From positions 11,656,001 through 11,720,000 of the forward strand of contig OU015566.1 in NCBI GenBank assembly GCA_907165135.1: a DNA stretch of 64,000 bases, written 5' to 3'. Source of the DNA: Oikopleura dioica (taxonomy: Eukaryota; Animalia; Chordata). This document shows, piece after piece, positions 13,664 to 27,041 of the stretch. Within the stretch, counting starts at the first letter, position 1. Every line of letters starts with the position of its first letter. The notes under the pieces are model-generated. The model ran no database searches. It was not told the DNA's origin and was given only the letters and a program-made list of their open reading frames with translations. A program made the translations under genes and the position numbers.

Positions 13664-13851
13664 CAGTTCTTTCTCACGAATTCATTCTAAAATTGATGGG
13701 TTTACTTTTTGATTGAAAAGAATAATGTTCAAATTAGAAAAAATAAAAGTGTGTGTATCAAAAACAGATATGTGTGAGAAGAGTATCAAAAATATTTCAG
13801 CTAGACAGCGTTAGTACAGGTAGAGAAGAGTTAAAGCGGTCATAAAGCGTG

Positions 13852-15928
13852 CTATTGGGGCATTTTGTAGAGTGAAATTCGTTGAAAGATGTGGTTCAAA
13901 ATGCCGACGGGATTGTTTTCCTCCTCTGGCAGGTCTTTTGTGATTCCAAGTGCTTCGCCAGCAGATGTGAGCATGTACTTGAGGAAACAATTAATATTTC
14001 CGCTCTCCGTTCTAAATTTGCTTACCTCCAAGTCCTGTGTCTCTTCTGGATTGCATCTATTCGTTATTTGGGCGAGTCGAACTCTCTCTGAGCTCAGCGA
14101 CTCGTCAAGATCGAAAAGCTCAAACTGTGGTCCCTCTGGCTCGCTATGGAAATGTTTTATTATGAAATTGTTTAAAAAGTAAGTACTTATTTTCCTAAAG
14201 ATATTTTATTTTCAAGTTTTCTTTGAAATAAACATCTATCTCGATCTTTCTTTTTGGAAAGATAAATCGGTCACTTACCAAAACCTCGGGGGAATGGTTG
14301 CAGGGACAAGTTGCGGCAGTGGTGTCTCGAAATTCGGCTTAATAAGGGAGAGCTGATCGGCGGGCACGTCCAATTTCTCGAACGTGGCGTGCACCTCAGG
14401 AAAGGCCGCATTGTTGAGCCCGAAGAGCGGCGCGTCGAAGAACATTTGTTGCATCTCGGAGTTCGATACATCACCCTCCGCCTGCGAGAAGAAGAAATAG
14501 ATAAATGGGGGTGATTAGAGATCAAGGACGACCTGTAATGAGGATTTGAGGCGATCGGCAAGGGCAATCGTATCGGGAAGGATTACGTATTCGGGGAATT
14601 CGATATCGAAGTTTTCCATTTTTGACACAAAGCGACTGAATGAATCGTAATTATTTCAAATTTTTATTCTTAGAAGAAAGGCGCTGCGGAATATATTTCT
14701 AGATTCGAATCGGACCATAAATCAAGACGAAAAAGCTAAAATCCTTGAACGATTGAACCGGTGGCACAACTCTAGAGCCGAAATCGGAAGTACTCTTGGC
14801 CTAGTGGTCTGAGCTGTACTCTCCACATATCCATGGGCTAAGACCTTTCAGGTTCGATTCCCGTTTCACTCGTGTCTTTGACTTTATGAAACCTTCCCCA
14901 CCTCCACTCTGTAGGGCTAGATTTGGATGATAAGATCGTTAGGGCAATATTCACTAGAGGCGTTATGATAGGGTCCAATATGAAGATACAAAAAACCCTC
15001 ATAAAGGGTTTCTTCCTCCTAAAGGAAGTTTTTGCTGTTTCAACAACAGCCATTTACAGTTACTTACTTTGATTGTAAACAAGAAATAAGTGCGTCGGCA
15101 ACTTGTCCATTATCTTCTCTGTTAAGCCATTTGTCGGAGAACATTTTCGCTGACCCGACGACGGCCAATTTGCCTCTCCCTTTCTGAATGACTGTATAAA
15201 GGGGAAAGAAAAAGGGATAAAGAAATACCTGTGAGCAAAAAGCGGCGATGGGCCTATTCACTGGAAATGCGATTGGCGATGTCGTCATGAGAGGAACAGC
15301 AGGAGAGATGACGTTGAGCGAGGCCCCGTATGGATAGACAAATCCATTCTTTATTTGACAGAAATCATCGTGCACGACCCCCTGTTGCTGGATAAAGACC
15401 TCCTTAGGGTGGTAGTAAGGCTGAACGAAGGAAGTTCGGATCACACAATCATTGTTGACGGAGATGCCGAATTCTTCCAGAAAGAAGTTGATGTTGCTTC
15501 CTGACCCTTTTTCGCCATTTTCGCTGATTAAAATTTTGAATAAAGACACGGAGTAACAGCTTACCTTAGTAAAATCAGCAAAGAACCACCGTTGTCGTAA
15601 AATTTCTTTAGCTGCTCGAACTGGTTTGAAGAGAACTTTCTATTCGGATTCGGAATGATAAGGAGCTAGAAATAAAGACATGCGCAATTATTTATGAGGG
15701 TCACCTTTGAGCCAATGGATTCTGCAGATTCAAACTGATGCGCTTCAAGTGATTTTGCTTTGAGCCCGCGCTGCCGCAAACGCTTGTACCATGCTTTCAA
15801 GCCGTGCTGGATTGTTAGTGTCTCTGTGTTTCAACAATAATTATCCATCATAATCAGCATCTCTTACCTTTACGATCCGACGTTGAAAACTCAAGGAAGG
15901 TGACCTGATTCTCGGCCAACTCGACCAT
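13852..15928 (-). CDS. IFT52: Intraflagellar transport protein 52
   Basis: NINFFLEEFGISVNNDCVIRT...YYHPKE, GKLAVVGSAKMFSDKWLNREDN and PQFELFDLDESLSSERVRLAQITNKC. Stop TAG at 13852-13854. Confidence 0.93.
14786..15038 (+). mobile_element. tRNA-headed SINE-like element, copy 2 (in an IFT52 intron, 14638-15068)
   Basis: A-box TGGCCTAGTGG and B-box GGTTCGATTCC. The head aligns with copy 1 (TGGCCTAGTGGTCTGAGCTGTACTCTCCACATA vs TGGTCCAGTGGGCTAAGCTGTTCTCTCCATATA) and the hairpin tail is shared. Confidence 0.65.
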
Positions 15929-16854
15929 TCTACAAAAAACGAATAAAATCTCGACTTTGACTTCTCAGAAATTGATTTTTTTATTTTCATGGCTCGAATA
16001 TTATATAGACCAGTTGCGCTTATTGGAAACTAGAAGAGAAAAAGAGTCTTCTTTCAATTGATAGGAGAAGGAAAAAAATCAATAGAATAAAGAGAGAGAG
16101 AAAGAGGGAGAACAATATTTATTGCTTGAATAAGAGGATAGACAAATAATAACATGGAAATACATGGTAGAATATGCTGAACTTTGATGGGATTAAATAT
16201 AATGAACGGGACTGAATAATGAACAAATATTTAAGCTAACGAATTTTAGACTGTAAAGAGGGGAGTAGAAAGAGAAGTAGGTCAATAAATAACTGAAAAT
16301 GTAAACAAGAAAAAGTGCTTTAAAAATGGCACGGTCGGGAAAAACGGTAGAATATGAACATCGCTAGAACCTGCGTTGAAGTTGAGTGTAATAATGGATA
16401 CTAGTAAAAAGGGTGTATAAAAAGGTTATGACATGCAGGCCTGAGTGACATGATTAAAAGTGCCTTAATTGACTAAAAACGCCTGCTCTTTCTGGTGAAA
16501 TCAAGGAAAAAACAACCGATCAAACCGCCTTTTACTTTATATATATACTCTGGAGGGTTTTCATCAGGTGAGAGGAGGATAAAAAGAATGAACATGTAAG
16601 AATGTGTTAAATGCAAGTGTCGAATTCAAGTCTTGGATTATGAAAAGAACAACACCGGGAATAAGAACATTTTTTGTTGTGGATTGAAGAAATTCATAGA
16701 ATCGGGATTGTATACAAAAAAGAAGAATAATAATATTCGAATCGACTCGAGGAGTAGCGAAATTAATCAAGTGAAGGGATTAATTTATCAAATATATTCA
16801 TGTATATTTTTTAAATAAATACACGATAAAGAAAAGTAAAAGAGTAAAAAGTTA

Positions 16855-19800
16855 TTATTGCAAATGACTTTGAAGAAGGCGACAGATGACTTTGCTCGCA
16901 GCAGGCACGGAAGATCGGATCGTTAGACGATACATTGAGGACTAAAATGAAGAATAGATCGAGTACAAGAGGGTTGACTTACAGGGGCATTGGGTTCGAG
17001 ACGCAGTAAGACTCCAATCGTAGCCGTGCTGTGTATAATACCAGCCGCTACGTGATTATCTCCATTTGGATCGACCCCTTCCAACACCGTCAGCCCACAA
17101 CTCGACAGTATTCCAGACGCTACAGGCAGATAAGTACAGTAGGACAATTTTGTAAATAATCAATGAAACATACCAGCTTCGCGGTCAATAGAGGCCGTTT
17201 TAAAGACAGACTGGCTCTGTTGATCTGGCTTTTCAAGGCCACGCCATCTCTGGAAGAACTGGTTCGCATCCATCGTGGCAGTTGCAGCGAATTTTGTCAT
17301 GTAAAGCGGAACGGCAATTCTGAGCGCGAGATATTTACCTCCGTAGAGACCGGAAATATTCAACACTGGGAAGTTGTCGAAGTCCTTAATTTTTCCAATA
17401 AGTTTTATCGAAGATATAGTTTTCTTACTTTCATGGATTCTATGTTTATAATATGTTGAAATTGACTTCCAACTGTTATCGTATTCGGCGCTTCTTGATG
17501 TGTGGAAATTTTTAAACCCTCGATGCTTCAAAAACTGATTAAAAGCGGCCAAAAGATGAAGCAAACCTCTCAACATTAGCTTTGAAATTCGAAATATCAA
17601 CAGACGATGATTTGTTGCCATAGAAAAGTTGTACGCGCCCGAGTCTTTCCCTGAATTCCATCTTTATTCCGATCTGTAAGTTTTCGTCTTCGAAAAGGAC
17701 GCCCGAGTTTTTGAGGAAGAATTTTTGGCAATGAGAGTCGATGAGCGGAGGTGGCTCTGAAGGAGCAGCTGCTGCAGTGGGAGGAGCAGCCGGAGAGGAG
17801 TTGATTCCAAAGGGATCATCCACTAAAAGTAAATGAATAGATTGATTTTCATGGGAACCTTACTGTTTGTGAGTCCATAAGCGGGCTCGGCAGCAGCAGG
17901 AGCCGCCGGAGCAGCAGTATTCGGTGTTGCAAAAATATCAACGAGCAAGTCTTGCGAGCTCTGCTGCGGCGCTGCTGCTGGCATAGGTGGATCATTGGAC
18001 ATCTTCGCAACAGGAAGAGACTTTGCCTTGTCGTCTCCGTGTCCATTTGTTGGCGATTCGATAACTTTAACAGCAGCTGGCTTCTTCTTTTTCAATTTTG
18101 CTAAGATTGAGCTCTCTCGCTCGGGGAAGGGCGGCATTTCTTCTAAAACTGTGGCCAACATTTCTGTGTTTGAAGCTGAAATTGCAGAGAGCTAGAAGAC
18201 AAATGTTTTTAAAGAAAGGAAGGGCAAGATTACCTTGAAATATTCTAGGGCTCGTTGTTGGAGCTCAATATCCGAGTTCTTCTGCAAAACGTCCGAGCGT
18301 AGAACATCTTCGATATTGGTCTTGATTTCAGGGAACAAGTTGATCATTTTAATGTAAGCCGAGAGAATAAGAGAGCGCGTTGTCGATGAGCTAGAATTAT
18401 TTATTATTCAAAGAGTTGAGAAAACAATAGCTGACCATAAATGGAATCGCGTCTGCAAAAGTTGGAACTGAACAAGTGGTGCGGATCGTTGATCGCCAGC
18501 GATCAAGTTGCCGAATTCACCGAGAATGTAGCCCCCAACGCGCACCATGTTCTCATGGCAGGCTGGTTGCTGGAGAGCATCGAAACATGTTTTAGCCGCG
18601 TAGCCTTGAATATCTTCGCGATTGGTGACGACTTGGATGACTCGATGCCAGACTTCTTCGGAGACGTAATCGCCGGCGACACGGATAAGCTGGAGAATGA
18701 CGTCAACGTACCAGTTGTAGTCAGTCGCGTATTTTTCCGATAAAATCGCCGTTTTGAGCACCATTTCTTCCCTGATCGAATAATCCGCGGCCTCAAGATA
18801 AGCAAGCATTTCCTGGACGATTCTCTCCGCATTCGATCGATCGCACATTGCATACAGCAAATCGACAGCGCGCTGTCTAACGGACACATCTCGTTCAGTT
18901 TTCAGCGCCTGAATCACCGTATCCAAATGTTTCTTCACAGCTTCACGGGAAAAATCGCATTGAGCAAGCTGCGCAAGCGATTCTAGAGCCAAATAGCGAA
19001 GATTTGTCTCTCTGTGATTCAAAAACTGGCCAAGCTGGTTCGTCGCGCGCACTAGCAGTGGGCAAACAGCATCGTTGTCCAAGTGGATGATAAGATTGAT
19101 GGCTTCGAGCAAGACACTGTTCTTCGCGTTGGAGTGTTGGATCTTCTTCGACTTTGGCGGCTCCTGTGCTTTGTTGAGAATAACCTCTAGACATTCAATC
19201 AATCGGGCTTGCTCGCTCGGCGGTGGGAAAAGCTGGAGAAGACGGAGAAGCTTGCAGGAAAGCCAAGGAGCTGGAACAAAGTAATAAGTGTAGTCTTGAA
19301 GATCCTGGTAGGTGCTCGTTACGATTCGAGAGAGTCTTTATGTGGGATTATACGGAGTTCAATTATAAATTAATGAGAGAAACTTCCGCATTGTCGAATA
19401 TGAATTCAGGACGAGCAATATAAAGTTTACTAATCAGCCGTAAAAAAGATAATCACATTGAAAATGATTATGCAGTTGTTTACTTTATCCGACAAAAAGA
19501 TTGCAATCGATTTGTCTTGCGACAAAATTTAATTAATTAACAGCTATTTGTCTGAAAGGATTATCTTTTCTTCTCGTTATTATAGAAGATTCTTGCGTAC
19601 TGTCTCATATTCCAGACAAATAAAAAAATTCATCTTTGCTCCCACTTTCCTGTTGATCGCGAAACCAACTGCCGAAGCATACGCATCAGGATTTCCTTCG
19701 GCAAGAGCGTGAATCAAGCTTGACGCAGCGGTAACAACTCCAAGATGAGAATCATTGAGAAGATGGACAACGCGATTTTGCCAGTCGCCGCTCGGCAAGA

Positions 19801-20473
19801 GATCGGGAGCGGCGCGATATAGGCGCAGCATACACAATGCTGCAGATTGCTTTACTTGGTCGATATCTTCCTTAGAAATCAATAACTTCGGAATTTCGTT
19901 GAAGAAAGCCTTTGAAACTTATGTTGAAATAAGGAAAATATGATTGAGTCTAACCTCGGCCATCTCTCGAGTCCCAACATTGGCGATGCAGTGTAACGCC
20001 AAGTTGACATGAATTGGGTTTCTTGAGCTCAAGTCATTTTTGATATTTTGAATGATAAGATTGACTAAATCATTGCCATCGTTCAGCAACACGGAGATGA
20101 ATAAATATCCGATTTGTTTTTCAGTGTACTTATTTGATGATAACAAATTGACAGCTAAATTGACAAATTAAGAAATTGAAATCAAGGAAGAGAACCGTAC
20201 CTTCAATATGTCCAAAGTCGACGTCATGGCCGAGTAAAAAGATGAATAATAATTTGCACACGTACTTCTTTTTGTGGTAGCCATCCAGTGTCTTGTCGCC
20301 TTTGAATTTACTCCTGATATTTGCTAATTCCTAAAGACAATGAATTCCATTATGTTAACTTGTGTAAGTACCTTGTTTATTCTCTTGGTCTCGGCCTCTT
20401 TACTCTTGCAGTTTCGGATGTCGGAGATGAAGACGGCGAGGCCCCTCATTCCGTCCTTCGCCACAGTCGGCAT
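16855..20473 (-). CDS. AP2A: AP-2 complex alpha subunit (alpha-adaptin)
   Basis: [61 protein letters not shown], and an appendage domain ending LLRLEPNAP...YRLTIRS. Contains a GA-AG intron at 19336-19649. Confidence 0.96.
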
Positions 20474-22205
20474 GGCTGTGGTAAGTCTGAATTGAAAAAC
20501 GAAAGGTTACTTTCTGCCTCGAATCGACAGGGAAAGAGCTGTCTCGAGGATTTACTTGGATTGAACTGATCGACCGGAGAGGACGGTTTTCCCCGACAGC
20601 CCTGGAATATTTTGCGTTAGGGAGCTTTGTACCAGCCAACAGACTTCTGCTGCAGCAGCTCCTTTGTCTGTCTGACATAGGATTTTACAAAAAATAATTT
20701 TTTACGAGTCCTTATGTAAATTTATTTAAGTTGGAGTAAAAATGATACGCTTCTTCTGCGTAGAATCTATTCCGTTACAATCAATCTTTCCGAATTATAT
20801 TCAATGCACCAGTGACACACCTGAATTTTGGCCATTTCATGAGTTCCTTGCTTTATGAAAATTAGATTTGAGCATCAGTTCATGGTACCGATTTAACTAA
20901 ATTACGATCAATCAAACCTTTTTATGATCCGTTTTTATTCTAGAAAGTCAGTTAAGAATGTTAAAATCCTGGTGACAAAGAATTGAGCCAATTCGGTCCT
21001 TGATTTCCCTCTTTATCTTTAGCTTTGCTCATGGCTTGAAATTGAAAAAAGCAATTTTTAAACGCTCTAAATGAAGGGTGAAATCAGGTTTGATATCACT
21101 CTCCTCTGCTTCATAAGGTGGGGAAGTAAGGGATGGACTTAACCGAGAGCTACACGAGTGTTCCCTCGGGAGGATGACTATTTACACCACAGGGAAAATG
21201 TTTCCCGCACGTCCGATCGATCACCAATTCAAATTGAGCACATTTTCATTGAACCAATTTTCAATCATCGATAATAAAATTTCCATACAAATTATTATTT
21301 TTTCGCAGAATTTATTCTTTTGAACTTTTTTGATTTTTATGAATATTTATAAATTGTGAGCGAGTCGTTTTTTGTTAAATACATAAGAATAGTTTAAAGA
21401 AAATAATCATGAGCGAGAGCATTACTTTTAAATTTTGTACAGTTGGTTTCGATGTTCTCGTTTATGTTTTCAGAAAGTGAAGCTACGATACTGCGAGATG
21501 GATAAGAAAGAAATTGAATTCCATGTTCTTGAAATAATATTTCATGCCCCAGTTGATAAAAAAAAAGTTAAATGTGATATAATATTTCAGACTGAAAAAG
21601 GGATTTAAGAGCGCCATAAAAGTCGACTCAGAACACAGCTCAGAGTTCAGCAAAAGTTTTTTCGGATTTTCTGATAAGAAAAGGACAAAATAAATTTTAT
21701 TTATTTGAAGTTTTAAATCAAACTTGATTTACTTATTAAATTTTTCTAATATTTCATCCCGGAAAAGTGATTTCCAAAATTGTGCACCAGACGCGTTTTT
21801 GGGCAAATGGTTGTCTGATATTAAATGAATATTAAATGAGCTATGCGAGCAAAAAACGAGTCATGGATATTTTTGAATTTTGATTCAAGCTCTCTTACAG
21901 TTATTGTACCACAACGAATGGGTACAGAAATAATATTGGCCATCTAAATACCACGGAAAAGAATTGACTAAAAGATCGGGTAAAATTGCTACTAAAAGAA
22001 AAACCCACCTCGATTCAAGATAAATAACAATAGAGAAGATGGTAGTCACAAGTTCAAGTAGCAGCCAGATGAGTTGTAGAGGGGGATGAAGAGATGATAG
22101 TAGTTGAATGTTACATTCAGTGGCAGTAGGTTCAAATTTAGAATTCGTTCTCTCTTTTAGAAAATTTTCACTTCGCAGTTTTTCGTTTCTCGGTGATTCT
22201 TTTGG

Positions 22206-24389
22206 CTACTCGGGCGGGGCGCCGCTGTTTCTGAAAAAACAACATCAGGAAAGAAAGAATCTTTGACGAATGTTGTTGTTCTCGGCTCTAATGGAATATC
22301 TGGGTGAAAATAAATGAACAGTTCTGTGACTCCCAATACGGCCGAGTCCAGAGGCCATAAAAGCTCATTACTGTCCCGGCGTGATCGGGTTCTCGATCAA
22401 TAAGTAAGGATGAATGATATTTTCGAACTAATCTGAAAAGCTTTAATCTAAAGTCTAAGTAGCCGCCATTAGAAATTAAAGAGAGAGGACTTGAATTTTA
22501 CCTGGGCGTGTTTGCTTCGCTCTGACCGCCTTGTTGGATAACTTGGGATAACTGAGATGGATGAGCGTAAACCGGTTGATAGTAGTGTGCCATGTTCACG
22601 GGGGATGCAGCAGTTTGGGGAACTCCATTCTGGTGGGGGTGGGGATGATAGGCAATCTGTTGTTGTTGAGGTACGCCGTGAATAGTCTTGAAAACAAGTT
22701 ATATATTATTCCGAATAAAATCCCCGTTTTATAGGATTCATTTAGAAAATTTGTGATTCTTTACCATGTGATGCGGTGGGATACTATAACCATGAGGAGC
22801 TGCCGGACCAGCTGATTGAGCATACGCCCCTGAGAAATGCTGCTGATATTGAACTGCTTGTGTATGAGGATGAGGTTGTCCGAGCGCGGCATGAGTATTC
22901 GGAGCGTAAGACGTATAAGTAGTAGCTGGATTTTGCACCCGAAATCTCGGCACTTGCGTTGTCGGGACAAACCGCTGCGGCTACATGTAATAATTAGCAT
23001 AAGAGAATCATGGTTTTTTGACGCTGTGTTGTTTTTATAAACGAATGAATCAACAGGGTATTTAATATTTTATATATCTTTTATTTACAGTTGTATTTGA
23101 TGAGTTTTGACTGCCATTAACTTCTTTGTAATTATTTGTGTATTGAGCATCGCTTGAAGATTTGTGATCATCCTTTCCCCAACGACATTTCACCGTGCAG
23201 CCACTGATAGAAGCACCATTCATTTCGCAAATTGCATTTGTAGCAGCTTGATGCGTCTGCATCTTAACGAAACCGAAGGTCTCGAAAGTTCTCACTTCTG
23301 AAAGAGCGATAAACAAAAGATAATGATTCCGAATGCCTACCTTCTACAGCGCCGAAGCGACTAAAAGAGGCTTGTAGAACTTGTTGCGTGTGGACATCTT
23401 TGGTAATTCCACCGACATAGACTGTTGTATTTGATGGAGACGCAGCTTGAGCAACCTTATGCGGGTCGATGACTGTAGGAGGCTAAAGAGACTATGAGGA
23501 ATAATCGCTTTCTGCGCATTTTACCGGGAGTTTCCTCGACGTAGCCCAGTTCGTCCTCACTTCCCTCCCACCAATCGATTTGTTGTTCATTTCTGAGATC
23601 GCCTTCTCCGCCGATTCTTTCTTCAGAAACGCCACGAAGCCGTATCCTTTTGATCGGTTGGTCTTAGTCGATAAGATTCGGAGTTGAAACAGTTCTGTAC
23701 CTGTGCATCACGAACCACTCTCGCTTCCGAGATATCGCCAAACTTCTCGAACTCCTTTTGCAAATCGAGGGTCGTCAGTTCCTGCGCCAGATCGCCGACA
23801 AATATGTGATGGTCCTCTACGAATTGGAATTTGCATTCATAAATAACGAAAGGACAATTACTTGAAGTATCTTTTTTGATCCCGTCGGGTCGGGTGGCCC
23901 AATTGACCTTTAGCGGCATTTTGTAAACCTCACGGCCGTTCATGGCGGCAAGAGCGCGCTGAGCGCAGATATGCGTTTCATAAGTTATGAAGCAGTAATG
24001 ATTGGCGGACAGGGCAGCGTCGTTGATCATTTTCACATCAACAACGTTACCGATGACGGCAAACAGGGCTTTTAGAACGCTTTCGGTTGCGTTTTTGTGG
24101 AGATTTCCAACGTATCTAAAGAAGAAATTAATGAATGGAAAAGTAAATTTACAAATCAAGCCCTTTTTCATTGAGAGATTGAGCCATTTCCTCCGAATTC
24201 AAGAGGCAAAGAGGGGGAATTCGCTTGGTAAGGCAGACGTGTAGGAAAAGACTCAAGTACTTACAGTGTTCTTTTAAAAAGCTCATCATCCTTTGCCTGA
24301 TCCGAATGCGACCTCGATGTATTTTCAGCATGTGTCGGTTGCTGGAAATGGTACTGCGTTGGCGTGAAGGGGACAACGTTTGACCCCAT
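22206..24389 (-). CDS. TIA1: TIA1/TIAR RNA-binding protein (three RRMs plus Q/P/Y-rich tail); last exon uncertain
   Basis: RTLYVGNL, LKVNWATRP, HHIFVGDL, RVVRDAQTNRSKGYGFVAF, RTNWATSRK, NTTVYVGGI, VKCRWGKD, followed by a prion-like tail. Confidence 0.92.
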
Positions 24390-24654
24390 CTGAAAATATA
24401 AACTGTTTTAATTTCCGAAAATTTTTTGCAAATTTCTCGCACTTCATATTATTAAGAAAAGAAAAGGCAGTATGTTCGGTCAGTGACACAATATACAATA
24501 GAGTTTAAATTAAGAAAAAGTATGAATGGAATTTTTTCGTTGTTGATCATCAACTAGAATCTGGGTTAGTTCTTATGCTCACGTTGGACGTGAATGCGCG
24601 CTGGAAATAGTTGGTTGTCTTTTATTTATAGAATCAAATCAATTGTTTTTTTTT

Positions 24655-27041
24655 CTAAAATTCGTCAAGCAGTCCTTGCACCGCTTGTTCGTTCTCGTTG
24701 ACGTAAGACTGATTGGCTGCTTGTATGTCGGAGCCAGAGTCACCGTTTACAGTCGGGCCTGCGTGTGGCGTCACTGGCAGTTGCTGACCGCTACTGACTG
24801 TTTGATGCATGTGGGCGCTCGGATCGGATTTTGTGATGGGTTGGACGTTCATGTTCGGGTGGATCCGCTGTTGATGCCCGCGGATCTGGCTGCTCGCGAT
24901 TTTCAGATTCGCGGGTTGGATCGGCGTGCCACTCCCTGATGATGGAATTGTGATCATACGCATTACAGGACGCCCGTTTGATAGCGCTACATTGGTAGCT
25001 CTGCTTATTGGCTACAAAATTCAGTCAATTTAAGCCCCAGCTTATGATTGAAATGGAAACAAGCAAACTTACAATTTTAGCTTGTACTTTTCTGAACTTT
25101 GCCTTTTCCCTCTCTTCCTTCATTTCAGCCTCTTCACTTTCCGTAAACAGCCTGTTCACCAGAAAATCTTCGCAAAACGACATATCCTGAGTATCCTTTA
25201 GAAAACGCTCTCTGAATTGCTCTTCCAGATTTCTCTTTCTATGGAGTATTCTTTCGCATAAAGGTTCCAGAACAACATCTTCTGATAGTTGGTCGTCTCT
25301 TTTAGAGATTTCGGGGTAGGAGAAACAATGAAATGGGAGAAGGCGCGATGTCGCGTCTTCTATCGACGAGAAAGGTTCTGTAAGAAATAGTTAGGGTAAC
25401 AGACGATTGGATTTTAACGGCTTCATTACCATTAATATTAAGATCATCAGTAACATTCCTCTGATCTTCTTGCATCTTTAGAAAAATTGGTGTCTTCTTA
25501 ACGGGTTCTACTTTGAGTTTCGTTTCTGGCATTGGCAATTTGATGCCGACTTCGCTTTGCCCAGTATCTGGAGGCGCTTGTTGCACGATCCGCGTCACGA
25601 TGGGCCTTGGATTGCTCGAAGGTGATCGGTTTTGTCTTGGCATGACGATCGGCTGAACAGCGTTGCTTCTAGGGCTGTTCTCGTCAGATGACCGGAGAAA
25701 CTGCTCCAAGGGGATGTAGTCGACTCCGTTGTGCGTCGCCTTGACGTTGTCCAGCATCTTGAGGGGATTTCTTGAGAGGTAGTTCCGGTAGTTCGTATCG
25801 GACTACGAAGATTTACCACGATGTCTATTAGGTAGAACATACCTTTCGATAAATATCCTTCAACTTCTTTATCAAGGCATGTTGATCATCGTCCATCTCC
25901 AAGATGTCCGTATATAACGTAGAAAAGCATCGCTGCAACTGGGAAAAGGTACTTCGGAGGTTATCAACCGAATCCGAAGAGAGGACAATAAAGCCAGGTC
26001 TGCTTCCTTGCGGCTCATGGCATTGAACTAGAAATATCTTACACGAGAGATAAAATTTATCAAGTTACCTGAAACACGGGCAGGATTTTGTGGTGGTCTT
26101 TGCGGCGTAATCGTACTTTGAGGATGCTGTGAGATGATTCTCCTAGGCGTCGCTCCAGGAGTACCAGAGACTTGCTGAAGCCGGACGGGTCCATTTCCAT
26201 CCCCTCCTACTCTTACAACTCTGATCGTCCTCGGTGGATTGCTCGGTGTCCCACCAGCACTTACGGGTGTTCTCTAGAGAGTCAAAAAATGTTAATATTC
26301 CGTATCGGTGGGAGATGAGCCATCATGGAAAAAAGGTCATAAACTTACGGAAATTATCCTCTGTCCCTGAACGGGCGTTCCCCTGTTTATTGGCAGCAGC
26401 GGGCGGCCGTTTCCGCCAGAAGCGACATTTGGAGATTGAGAGTTTTGTACAACGCGAATCGGTCTGATCATTGGACGACCATGCCCAGAATTCGGCTGAT
26501 TCGGACTATCGGAATGAGAAGCCCGAATACTTCCGGGGACATTGCTTCCAGATCGTTGAGGATTCTGTATAAGAATCGTTCTCCCATTCAGATTGGAAAC
26601 TGAACGGTGTTTGTTCATTCCATCTGGAATTCTTTGAACTCGTGTACCTTGGCCATTGACAAGGATTATGTTCTGATTTGGCCGAGATGGAGTTCCATCG
26701 CTTCCCGTCCCCTGGCCTCCTCCCTGGTGATGGGCCTGGCCAGAAGGGGCATTAGTTCCGGGCGGACGGGGCCTGACAAGAACCCGCTGCGTTGTTGGAG
26801 TTCCGGGAGCTGGGGAGGATTGGAGTTGGATGGGACGGGCTTGAGGTCGGGACTGATTACTTGCAGTCGACGGTATTCTCGCGATCGCTACTGCCTGGTC
26901 TACATTTTTGGTTCAAGTAATTCCGCTAATTATCGAATCGAAGCTGATCTGATAACTTGAGCATGGAAAAGAATTTCAGACTTCATTTAGTATGATTTCT
27001 AACCAATTTCCTAGTAAATCGTCCATTGGTTCCTCATCCAT
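24655..27041 (-). CDS. Uncharacterised multi-exon protein, largely low-complexity (P/Q/R/G/N-rich) with two helical-looking segments
   Basis: About eight exons join in frame from MDEEPMDDLL (27041) to ...GLLDEF* (24655). The 24655-24963 ORF is this gene's last exon, not the start of TIA1. No family recognised. Confidence 0.7.

Noticed and set aside
13136-14860. Possible tRNA genes at about 13140 and 14790
   Set aside because: A and B boxes are present, but there is no acceptor stem or anticodon arm; treated as SINE-like heads.
21140-21185. AGCTAC...GGGAGGAT resembling the 7SL Alu domain
   Set aside because: No S-domain helix 6/8 motifs follow; the similarity is too short.
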